Positions 49,933 through 57,907 of a DNA stretch of 64,000 bases are shown piece after piece; the stretch's first letter is position 1; each line of letters begins with the position of its first letter. Location: assembly GCA_031260805.1 (NCBI GenBank), contig JAISKV010000012.1, forward strand, positions 9,670 through 73,669, in the 5' to 3' direction. The notes beneath the pieces are model-generated. The model was given only the letters and a program-made list of their open reading frames with translations, did not search any database and had not been told where the DNA came from. Source of the DNA: Rickettsiales bacterium. GTDB lineage: Bacteria > Pseudomonadota > Alphaproteobacteria > Rs-D84. Both the position numbers and the translations under genes were made by a program.

Positions 49933-50511
49933 ATGAAGTTTAAGTTATTATATTTCGGAGAATTGCTGACCAACCCTAAAAAGCGCGCCCAGCATATTTC
50001 AGACATCAGAATGCAGTTTCATCCGCAACTGGAAAAACTGGTCCAGCACAGCCCTTGGAACAATCTGACCAAGTACCAGTCTCCGAACCCGACCAAACAG
50101 CCGATAACCACTAGAAAAGTCGGGAATATTGAATTCAACCCGATTATAACGCCGCACTTGAAGTTGCTGGCGGAACTGGATATTTTAATCCTGCACCCGG
50201 AAATAGTCGGCGTTGCGCGCAGCGATATTGATAACCGCACAAAAACGCTGTTGGACGGCCTGCGATGCCCCCAGAACGAGCACGAGGTCGGCGACAACAC
50301 CCCGCGCGATATCGGGCCTATTTACACGCTGTTGGACGACGACCATCTGGTTACCAAGATAAGCGTGAATACCAGCCACCTGCTGACGACAGAGCCTTTT
50401 GCATACAACGGCGCGAGAGAGGTTAATAACGAGCCGCCGCTGTTCATGGTCATAGATGTGAATGTCCGCGTCGCCGAAGGAACGCTTGAAAACCTGCCGT
50501 TCATGGTGTAA
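49933..50511 (+). CDS. Hypothetical protein
   Basis: 192-aa ORF with promoter/RBS; no recognizable domain. Confidence 0.45.
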   Translation: MKFKLLYFGELLTNPKKRAQHISDIRMQFHPQLEKLVQHSPWNNLTKYQSPNPTKQPITTRKVGNIEFNPIITPHLKLLAELDILILHPEIVGVARSDIDNRTKTLLDGLRCPQNEHEVGDNTPRDIGPIYTLLDDDHLVTKISVNTSHLLTTEPFAYNGAREVNNEPPLFMVIDVNVRVAEGTLENLPFMV

Positions 50512-50547
50512 ATAAGTACGACACAATTAATTTTTACAGGGGTGTTT

Positions 50548-51180
50548 TTATTTGCATTTCAGCATGCGCAGGGAATCGCCGCGAGTGTCTATTTTCTTAT
50601 TCGCAACCTCGGTATCTGCATCTATCGTTTGCTTGATTAAAATTATATTCGGATTTTCCTGCAAGTCGCGCTGCATCTTGTCCAGCGCGCCGTTTATATC
50701 GTCAAATCTAGCGACATAGGCCGGCGCAATCATATCGGCCGCCGATGCCAGGGTCTTTTTTATCTCGGCCTTTTTACCATCCAAAACAGACAGATACACG
50801 GTACGATGTTCCTGTTCGTGCTTTAACACCATATTGTATTCGCAAGAACCGGGTTCGTGCGATTTGTCTATTTTTATCAAGAAATCAGTATATCCCAATT
50901 CAATATCCAATCCGCGCAATACAACGCAAAATCCGTCGCCAAACGGCGCTGACGCCGCGGACAATCCGAATTTTTCAATATACGATGCCTGGATATTGCC
51001 ATGCATTACATCGCCGGATAAATCGCCCCGCTCTATCTTTTCGCTGTACTGCGGCGCGGTCATGTTTATTTCTGGGCTTATCTTGAATTCGCTGCAATCA
51101 TTTTCAGCAAAGGCAGGAATTAGAGTGAAATAAACGAGCGGAACAAAAAGGGCGCAAATAATTCTTTTCACTTTTTTCAC
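50548..51180 (-). CDS. Secreted DUF922-like putative zinc metalloprotease
   Basis: Signal peptide; HEQEH (HExxH) motif in DUF922-like context. Confidence 0.5.
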   Translation of the reverse strand: MKKVKRIICALFVPLVYFTLIPAFAENDCSEFKISPEINMTAPQYSEKIERGDLSGDVMHGNIQASYIEKFGLSAASAPFGDGFCVVLRGLDIELGYTDFLIKIDKSHEPGSCEYNMVLKHEQEHRTVYLSVLDGKKAEIKKTLASAADMIAPAYVARFDDINGALDKMQRDLQENPNIILIKQTIDADTEVANKKIDTRGDSLRMLKCK

Positions 51181-51195
51181 TCTTTCACTAAAAAC

Positions 51196-53595
51196 TTACT
51201 CTTGAACTGTTTTGCGCAGGTATTCGCCGACAAACTGGTTGCCGTACTGCTTGTAAAGATCTTCCGCCAGCAATACATTCGGCCGGCCGGACTCAAACAA
51301 TTTCAGCATCGGCCCCAATCCGCCCAGATCCGTATGAAGTATAACCGATTCCCCGTTAATCGGCCGCGACAGCAGCACCGCGTATTTTAATTGCGGATAA
51401 GCCTTGCCCTGGATAAACGCCATTTCCAGCGGGTTTAATTTCCAATATCCGTAATCGGACAAATCGGCCGCAGGGTTGCGAAAGAATATGACTGTCTGGG
51501 CCTGGCCGCGGACCGCATCGCCAATTCCCAGTTTATCCAGCACATTCGCGCGCTGAAACGCCGCCATGTACGCCTGGCGGTTTTTGCGGCCTTCCTGCAA
51601 TCCTGTTATAAAGTTATTGCGGAACATTTCGTTTTCCAGCATCGGTGCGGTTTCGTCAATCATGATCAGCGACGGCGCCCCCAGCCGAGTCGTCATATTG
51701 TTGATTCTGTGGATAATATAAGAAATAACCGCAGGGGCCAGCACCGGGTCGCTAAAAATTTCCGTAAAGTCAAAAGTAGTCAGGCGCGACTGCAAATCCA
51801 GAGTGTCTTTTTCTTCATTAAACACGCCGCCATACTGCAAATCGTCAACCCATTTTTTCAGCGCGCCGCGCATCGGGCCGCCTGATGAAAAACACGATTT
51901 CCACAAGTTTTTCAGGCTTCTCTCATTTTCCGGAATATAATCAAACGCGACGGAAACAGCGCGCGAAATCTCGTCCAGGCTGCCCGCATCGGTCTGGCCG
52001 CTGATCATTGCCAGCCAGCGGCGCAGAAACGCGCGGTTGTTCCCGCTGTCTTCCATTCTGAACGGGTTTAGTTTCGTATTGAATCCGGAATTTTCTTCCC
52101 CCTCGAAAGTCATGTATTTTCCGCCGGCCGCCAGCGTGAATATTTCCGCGCCGCGATTCCGGTCAAAGAAAAATGCTTTTAATTTCTGATGCCGCAGCGC
52201 CTGGGATATCAGGAACGAAAACAATGCCGTCTTGCCGGATCCCGTCGGGCCTATTACAATTGAATGCCCGACCGCGCCAGGCTTGTCATTAACATGGAAT
52301 TGAAACTGGTACGGCGTTCCCTGGGCGGTCGGGAATATGACCAGCGGCCCGGGGCCCCAGTCAGAATTCGGCACCCCGGTCGGCACGGACGCCATCGGGA
52401 AAGACAGCGCGGCCGTGCGCGACAATAATTTGTATTGCCGCGGGAAATTATCAAACCCGGGAATTTGGGCAAAGAACGAAACCTTGGCCGCGAAATCTTC
52501 CACCACAGGCGTTATGCCGTAATTCGCGCATATCTTCTTGAAGTTGTTTATATTTTCTTCCAATTCTGCCGGCGAATTCGCAAATATCTGGAACGACGCG
52601 TAATAAGAAACCATGCTCTGCGCGCCGCTGACATTTTCATCCATGCTGATAACCGCTTCGGCCAGTTGCTGGCCGACAATATCGCTTTTAATCTCGCTTG
52701 AATCAGTGGTTGATGCGGTTTGCTTTATCGTTTTCTCTACCCCGGCATAACCCATGGTCGTGATATTGTTGAACGATAATATTTCGCACTGCAAACTGCC
52801 CAGTTCTGTAAAAAATTCTTCATCCAGAAAATCCGGCGCGGTCTTGAAAGACAAAAACACCGAATATTTGGAATACCCGCCGGCCGAATACCGCACCAGC
52901 CCGCTGCGGCCGAATTCCACAGCATCAGCCGTCGTCAATTCCGCGATGTTTCCGTCGCACCGCTTTGGCCGCGGCTTTGACAGCGGGGACAAGATTCGCC
53001 CGAACAGCACAGCCAGATTATTCGCAGGATCATTATGCTTGCACGCGCGCGGCCCGTACGCCGCCATGACGGATTCAACAAACCCGCCGTACTGGTTCAG
53101 TTTATCCAGACTGTTCGCCGTTATCAGCACAAAGTGCCGGTTGCTGAACATTTTCAATCCGCTGCTGTTCCACTGGTTGTAAATTTTCTGCAACACATCG
53201 TTTCCGAATTCATAATCGGTTTTTTCAGACATGAAATCGCGCGTAGTCAAAAAGCGCAGTATAATCCCGGAATCCTTTATCTGATTCAGCAAGCTGGCAC
53301 GCAGGTCCAGATATTGCGCGCGCGCGGTTTCATCCTGCATGCTGGCCTGGGTTCCGTTGAAACTGTACCCGCGGACAAATGTCCCGTTGTTCAACTTGAT
53401 TGACAGGTTGTCGTTTATAACCGAATAAAACGGCAGATAGTCAGAATACTTGCGATACCCGAATTTTGGAAAAATCACGCGCGTCAGCAGCGGCAGATAC
53501 AATGACAGCACCACGAACAAGGCGATAACCGCAATCGCCAGCACTATCAAAGTTATCGGAAAATGGAGCGACACCAAATTATTCATCTCGTTCAC
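51196..53595 (-). CDS. virB4: Type IV secretion system ATPase VirB4/TrbE family
   Basis: 799 aa; N-terminal TM, Walker A GPTGSGKT, CagE/TrbE/VirB4 domain. Confidence 0.85.
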   Translation of the reverse strand: MNEMNNLVSLHFPITLIVLAIAVIALFVVLSLYLPLLTRVIFPKFGYRKYSDYLPFYSVINDNLSIKLNNGTFVRGYSFNGTQASMQDETARAQYLDLRASLLNQIKDSGIILRFLTTRDFMSEKTDYEFGNDVLQKIYNQWNSSGLKMFSNRHFVLITANSLDKLNQYGGFVESVMAAYGPRACKHNDPANNLAVLFGRILSPLSKPRPKRCDGNIAELTTADAVEFGRSGLVRYSAGGYSKYSVFLSFKTAPDFLDEEFFTELGSLQCEILSFNNITTMGYAGVEKTIKQTASTTDSSEIKSDIVGQQLAEAVISMDENVSGAQSMVSYYASFQIFANSPAELEENINNFKKICANYGITPVVEDFAAKVSFFAQIPGFDNFPRQYKLLSRTAALSFPMASVPTGVPNSDWGPGPLVIFPTAQGTPYQFQFHVNDKPGAVGHSIVIGPTGSGKTALFSFLISQALRHQKLKAFFFDRNRGAEIFTLAAGGKYMTFEGEENSGFNTKLNPFRMEDSGNNRAFLRRWLAMISGQTDAGSLDEISRAVSVAFDYIPENERSLKNLWKSCFSSGGPMRGALKKWVDDLQYGGVFNEEKDTLDLQSRLTTFDFTEIFSDPVLAPAVISYIIHRINNMTTRLGAPSLIMIDETAPMLENEMFRNNFITGLQEGRKNRQAYMAAFQRANVLDKLGIGDAVRGQAQTVIFFRNPAADLSDYGYWKLNPLEMAFIQGKAYPQLKYAVLLSRPINGESVILHTDLGGLGPMLKLFESGRPNVLLAEDLYKQYGNQFVGEYLRKTVQE

Positions 53596-53927
53596 ACATC
53601 CAGTTTATTTGGTATTTTTATCTTGAACATTCTTATCTTTGCAATCAGTATTGTGGCCAGATGCGGCTCGCGCTTTGCAATAGATGCCAGTATGAGATGC
53701 ACGCAAATCAGCGATATCAAAAAACTCAACGGGTTTATCCCGATATCGCGCCTGAAAATAATAATGCTGCCGAAAAATATAATCATGAACAAAAAAAACT
53801 GTATTACAAAATTCATCATTGCCAGTGTATACGGCACCATGAATATTTTCTGGGGATTTGCCAAAGATTTCAATACTGATAATTTCATTATGTAAATTAT
53901 ATCAAATTTGGTCTTCCAAAATAACAA
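53592..53927 (-). CDS. virB3: Type IV secretion system protein VirB3-like
   Basis: About 100-aa two-TM protein overlapping virB4 start by 4 bp; probable start MKLSVLK near 53888. Confidence 0.55.
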   Translation of the reverse strand: MLFWKTKFDIIYIMKLSVLKSLANPQKIFMVPYTLAMMNFVIQFFLFMIIFFGSIIIFRRDIGINPLSFLISLICVHLILASIAKREPHLATILIAKIRMFKIKIPNKLDV

Positions 53928-53959
53928 AAATCTTAAATAATTATAAGTTGTTATTGTTA

Positions 53960-54165
53960 TTAGACATGTTGATATTGTTGATAAAAATTATAAACAAGAA
54001 ATTAACAAGTTTTTAACAAAATTTTGGCCGATTTATGATGATTTTATAAAAAATGTTGAAAAGTCATGGCAATAACAAAATGTTGATAAAGTTTGTATTT
54101 TCAACAGCAATAAACAAAATAATAATAACAATAAATAATCAATGTTAATAAATGTTGAAAACCCG
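53960..54165. promoter_or_regulatory. AT-rich repeat array: about 6 copies of ATGTTGA(T/A)AA (DnaA-box-like, 1 mismatch to TGTGGATAA) plus a perfect CtrA-type site TTAA-N7-TTAAC
   Basis: atgttgata 53966, ttgttgataa 53976, TTAACAAGTTTTTAAC 54003-54018, aatgttgaa 54052, tgttgataa 54081, tcaacag 54101, atgttaata 54142, aatgttgaa 54152. Confidence 0.4.
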
Positions 54166-54175
54166 GGATAAAAAA

Positions 54176-54199
54176 ACGCCCGATTGGGCGTTTTTTTAT
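54176..54199. terminator. Bidirectional rho-independent terminator (terminates rpmJ)
   Basis: aaaaaaacgcccgattgggcgttttttt. Confidence 0.7.
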
Positions 54200-54327
54200 T
54201 TCTTGAATCCTTGCTTGGCCTTGAATTTTGGTTTTTCAGGGTCTATCAGGATGACCTGCTTTCCACGGCGAATCTGTTTGATGTTGCCGCGTTTTTTCCA
54301 TGCTTTGAGCGATGATAAAAATTTCAT
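54196..54327 (-). CDS. rpmJ: 50S ribosomal protein bL36, type B (zinc-independent YkgO-like paralog), 43 aa; below ORF-track size cutoff
   Basis: Translation MKFLSSLKAWKKRGNIKQIRRGKQVILIDPEKPKFKAKQGFKK matches E. coli YkgO [46 protein letters not shown]; RBS aaggt. Confidence 0.75.
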   Translation of the reverse strand: MKFLSSLKAWKKRGNIKQIRRGKQVILIDPEKPKFKAKQGFKK

Positions 54328-54355
54328 AATACTTACCTTTGTTTTTTATTCTATT

Positions 54356-54431
54356 TGGTGCCGGCTAAGGGACTTGAACCCCCGACCCTCTGATTACAAA
54401 TCAGATGCTCTACCAGCTGAGCTAAACCGGC
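54356..54431 (-). tRNA. tRNA-Thr (TGT)
   Basis: Reverse complement gccggtttagctcagctggtagagcatctgaTTTGTAAtcagagggtcgggggTTCAAGTcccttagccggcACCA. Confidence 0.85.
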
Positions 54432-54467
54432 AAAAGTCATTTAATTATACAGGGTTTCGGATAAAAA

Positions 54468-55124
54468 TCAAGAATTTATAAAACTCTCTTCCAAAACCGC
54501 TTTTATTTCGGCATTTGTCATGCCGCTTTCGCCCAAATACTGGATTTGCTGTGGCGTGCCGGCAAATATATCCGCACTGTGCTGCGCTGAATCTGGAATG
54601 CTGGAAATTATCTGCGCCGGGTGAAAGCGCAGCGATTTTATATCCGGCGCGCACATTGCAGATAAAAAGACATCAGATTTGGCGCCCGGGGCGGATTTTG
54701 CAATTTCAGCCGCCGCTAATAAATCTGTTTCTGATCCGCTGCCGGCCAAAATCTTGGCTTTTACAAAAATTTCAGTGTTTTTTGTAAAATTACATGCTTT
54801 TATGCCGACTTTTAATGATGATTCGTTAAAACAAACCAGGTTTGCGGAAATATTGTTATTTTTTTCGGTGTTTTTGATAAAAATGTCCAAAAAAGCCGTC
54901 TTTTTAACTTTAATTTTTACAGTCAAAAATTGACTGTTGATAATTTCCAATTTATGATTTCCGGAAATGTCGCCAACGAAAATAACATGCGTTGGCAGAT
55001 TCGGATCGGAATTGTCGGATAAATCGTCGCGCAAAATTCCATCCAAATAAACGATGGTATTTGCAGGAAATGTTTTGATGTTAAATTCTTGCCAAAGGTA
55101 ATTCATGCTGATAGTATAAATCAT
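54468..55124 (-). CDS. SufD-like (Fe-S cluster assembly) domain protein, short/degenerate, orphan
   Basis: C-terminal GAKSDV...HSADIFAGTPQQIQYLGESGMTNAEIKAVLEESF resembles SufB/SufD C-terminus (TDTKPQLEIYADDVKCSHGAT...EQLFYLRSRGL.EEEA..LL..AF). Confidence 0.4.
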   Translation of the reverse strand: MIYTISMNYLWQEFNIKTFPANTIVYLDGILRDDLSDNSDPNLPTHVIFVGDISGNHKLEIINSQFLTVKIKVKKTAFLDIFIKNTEKNNNISANLVCFNESSLKVGIKACNFTKNTEIFVKAKILAGSGSETDLLAAAEIAKSAPGAKSDVFLSAMCAPDIKSLRFHPAQIISSIPDSAQHSADIFAGTPQQIQYLGESGMTNAEIKAVLEESFINS

Positions 55125-55164
55125 AAATCATAAATCGTAAATTATAATTTTCAAGGGGTGAAAG

Positions 55165-56247
55165 ATGGGTTTTAATTGCGGCATAGTCGGATTGCCGAAT
55201 GTTGGAAAATCAACACTGTTTAACGCGCTGACAGCGACCCAGGCGGCCGCGGCCGCGAATTTCCCGTTCTGCACCATAGAGCCGAATACCGGAAAAGTCT
55301 TGGTCCCGGATGAAACGCTGATGAAACTGGCGTCTGTCGCCAAATCGCAAAAGATAATCCCGACGCAATTGGAGATCGTTGATATCGCGGGCCTGGTGCG
55401 CGGCGCGGCATCCGGCGAAGGATTGGGCAATAAATTCTTGGCGAATATCAAGGAAACAGATGCGATAATCCATGTGGTGCGGTGTTTCCAGAATGATGAT
55501 ATTGTGCATGTGAACGGTGTTATTGATCCGCTGAACGATATTGATATTATTGAAACGGAACTGATGCTGGCCGACCTTGAAAGTCTGGAAAAACAAATAA
55601 AAAACCTGGAAAAGAAGGCGCACGGCCAGGACAAGGAAGCAATAAAATTATTAGAATCCGCGCGCAGTATAAAAACCGGGTTGGAAAACAATATTCCAGC
55701 CAGACAAACCCTGAACCATCAGCCTTCAACATTTAACCTGTTGACGGAAAAACCTGTTATTTATGTTTGTAATGTTGATGAAGACGCTGCCGCGGCCGGC
55801 AATAAATTTTCAGACGCGGTCGTGCAGAAATTCGGGGCGGATGCAAATGTCCTGGTTATTTCCAGCAAGATCGAGGAAGAAATCGCGCAACTGGACAATG
55901 ACGCGGAAAAGCAAATGTTTCTGGAAGATCTTGGATTGGCCGAAACAGGACTGACCCGGGTTATCAAAACAGGATATAAAATTCTGGGCCTGCAAACATT
56001 CTATACTGTCGGGCCCAAGGAAGCGCACGCATGGACGATAACGAATGGCATGACCGCGCCCCAGGCGGCAGGCAAGATACATACTGATTTCGAGCGGGGA
56101 TTTATCCGCGCGGAAATAATAACGCCGGACGATTATATAAATCTCGGCAGCGAAATGGCAGTGAAAGAAGCCGGAAAAATGAGACTGGTCGGCCGCGATT
56201 ATATAATGCAGGGCGGCGATATCTGCCATTTTCTTTTCAATAATTAG
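55165..56247 (+). CDS. ychF: Ribosome-binding ATPase YchF (Obg-like ATPase)
   Basis: GIVGLPNVGKSTLFNALT, TGS domain at C-terminus; 360 aa. Confidence 0.9.
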   Translation: MGFNCGIVGLPNVGKSTLFNALTATQAAAAANFPFCTIEPNTGKVLVPDETLMKLASVAKSQKIIPTQLEIVDIAGLVRGAASGEGLGNKFLANIKETDAIIHVVRCFQNDDIVHVNGVIDPLNDIDIIETELMLADLESLEKQIKNLEKKAHGQDKEAIKLLESARSIKTGLENNIPARQTLNHQPSTFNLLTEKPVIYVCNVDEDAAAAGNKFSDAVVQKFGADANVLVISSKIEEEIAQLDNDAEKQMFLEDLGLAETGLTRVIKTGYKILGLQTFYTVGPKEAHAWTITNGMTAPQAAGKIHTDFERGFIRAEIITPDDYINLGSEMAVKEAGKMRLVGRDYIMQGGDICHFLFNN

Positions 56248-56282
56248 TTAGAGTTGAAATGGCGAGTTGGAGTGGCAGAACA

Positions 56283-56303
56283 AGTTCCCCTCCCTTGGAG
56301 GGG
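56283..56303. repeat. 21-mer agttcccctcccttggagggg shared with element at 31914-31934, within intergenic hairpin element (AGAGTTG repeats upstream)
   Basis: Exact 21/21 match between two distant intergenic sites. Confidence 0.7.
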
Positions 56304-56341
56304 TGCCGCGAAGCGGCGGGGTGGTTTACAATATTTATGAT

Positions 56342-57907
56342 TTACATCTCTGTCAGTTTGTTTAACTTTCCATTCGCGGCTGCAATTTGCGAATCAATCT
56401 TTTTTATTTCGTCAAAATCGCTATGCGCCGCGCTGCGCGCAGCCTGCAAGGATTTTATATATTTTTGCAATTTCAGGACGACGATAAATTTTTCAGCGTC
56501 CGCCGCGGATAGATTCAATTTAGCGTCCGCCGCGGCGATATTGCAGGAACTGATGAAATCGTAATATTTTTCGGCCAGTTCAGGAAACGCGAAAACTATG
56601 TGCGATAAAGTTTTCTGTTCCAGATTGCCCACGGCTGGCGTCGGGATTTTTACAGCCGTTTTATCAAACGGCGCGCCGCGCCACAACTTGAACTCATCAC
56701 TGTACGCCGCGCGCAGCGCAGGGTCCGTGATTTGCTCGGTCAGTTTTTGCAGATATTTTTTTGCCTGGGCCTGGCCGCCCGGCACCCCCAGCACAAATTT
56801 GTCGCCAATATCTTTTTTAATAAAATCCGCCAGCGGTATCGCGGAATCAATAATTTTTTTCATGCGCGCCGCGCCGTCCGGGCCGCGCAGGATGTCGTCC
56901 GGATCCTTGCCGCCGGAAACAAACGCGAACCGCACATCTGAATTGTCGCGAATCAGCGGCATGACCAGGCCGACCGCGCGCGCGGCGGCCTTGGCCCCCG
57001 CGCCGTCGCCGTCAAAGCAGAATACGAGATTGCGGTTTGATTTGCATAAAATCGCCAGATGGTCCGCGGTCAGCGCGGTGCCGAGCGGCGCGACGGTTTC
57101 GCCGAATCCGTTGCATTGCATTTGTATCGCGTCAATCTGTCCTTCCACAACAATGCTTCTGTTATTTTTATGTATCGCGTTTTTGGCAAAGTTCAGGCCG
57201 AACACGATTTTGCCTTTGTGAAAAAATTCAGTCTCGCCGGTGTTTATATATTTCGGTTCCGATCCGTCCAGGCTGCGCCCGGAAAAGGCCACGACAAATC
57301 CGCGTTCGTCAAAAATCGGAAACATTAATTTTTCGCGAAAGAAATCGTACTGCCCGTAATCCCCGCTGCGCACAAGCCCTGTCTTCTGTACCCCTGGCGC
57401 GGCGCCGAGTCTGGCGGACACGATATTATTTTTCGGCGCGTACCCGATGCCGTACTTTTTTATCATTTCATCGGTAAAGCCGCGGTTGCGCACATAGTTC
57501 AGCGCGAATTCGCCATCCGGCGAGAATAATTTTTCAGAATATATTTTCGCCGCCGCCGCATGAATTTCCAGATATGATTTTTCGCTGTCAATCTGCTGCT
57601 GCGTCTTTGGCTTGTAATCCGGCATTTTTATGCCGGCCATTTTCGCCAGTTCTTCCAGTGCCGCCCGGAATTCCAGATTCTTGGTTTTCATCGTGAATGA
57701 AATTATGTCGCCGGATTCGCTGCAGCCAAAGCAATGATATTTTCCCCAATCTTCGCGCACTGAAAAAGAAGGCGTTTTTTCGTTGTGAAAAGGACAGTAT
57801 CCCCAGTACTGATTCCCCTTGCGCGTCAGCGGCACGACCGCGCCGACAACATCAAGGATTGACAGGCGCGCGCGCAGTTCGTCGGTAAAGTTGCTGTTAA
57901 AAGCCAT
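56342..57907 (-). CDS. dnaG: DNA primase DnaG
   Basis: CHC2 zinc finger (CPFHNEKTPSFSV...HCFGC), TOPRIM domain; 521 aa. Confidence 0.9.
   Translation of the reverse strand: MAFNSNFTDELRARLSILDVVGAVVPLTRKGNQYWGYCPFHNEKTPSFSVREDWGKYHCFGCSESGDIISFTMKTKNLEFRAALEELAKMAGIKMPDYKPKTQQQIDSEKSYLEIHAAAAKIYSEKLFSPDGEFALNYVRNRGFTDEMIKKYGIGYAPKNNIVSARLGAAPGVQKTGLVRSGDYGQYDFFREKLMFPIFDERGFVVAFSGRSLDGSEPKYINTGETEFFHKGKIVFGLNFAKNAIHKNNRSIVVEGQIDAIQMQCNGFGETVAPLGTALTADHLAILCKSNRNLVFCFDGDGAGAKAAARAVGLVMPLIRDNSDVRFAFVSGGKDPDDILRGPDGAARMKKIIDSAIPLADFIKKDIGDKFVLGVPGGQAQAKKYLQKLTEQITDPALRAAYSDEFKLWRGAPFDKTAVKIPTPAVGNLEQKTLSHIVFAFPELAEKYYDFISSCNIAAADAKLNLSAADAEKFIVVLKLQKYIKSLQAARSAAHSDFDEIKKIDSQIAAANGKLNKLTEM

Noticed and set aside
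53563-53895. 110-aa plus-strand ORF and 72-aa ORF over the virB3 region
   Set aside because: Antisense to the VirB3-like membrane protein gene, which overlaps virB4 in operonic fashion
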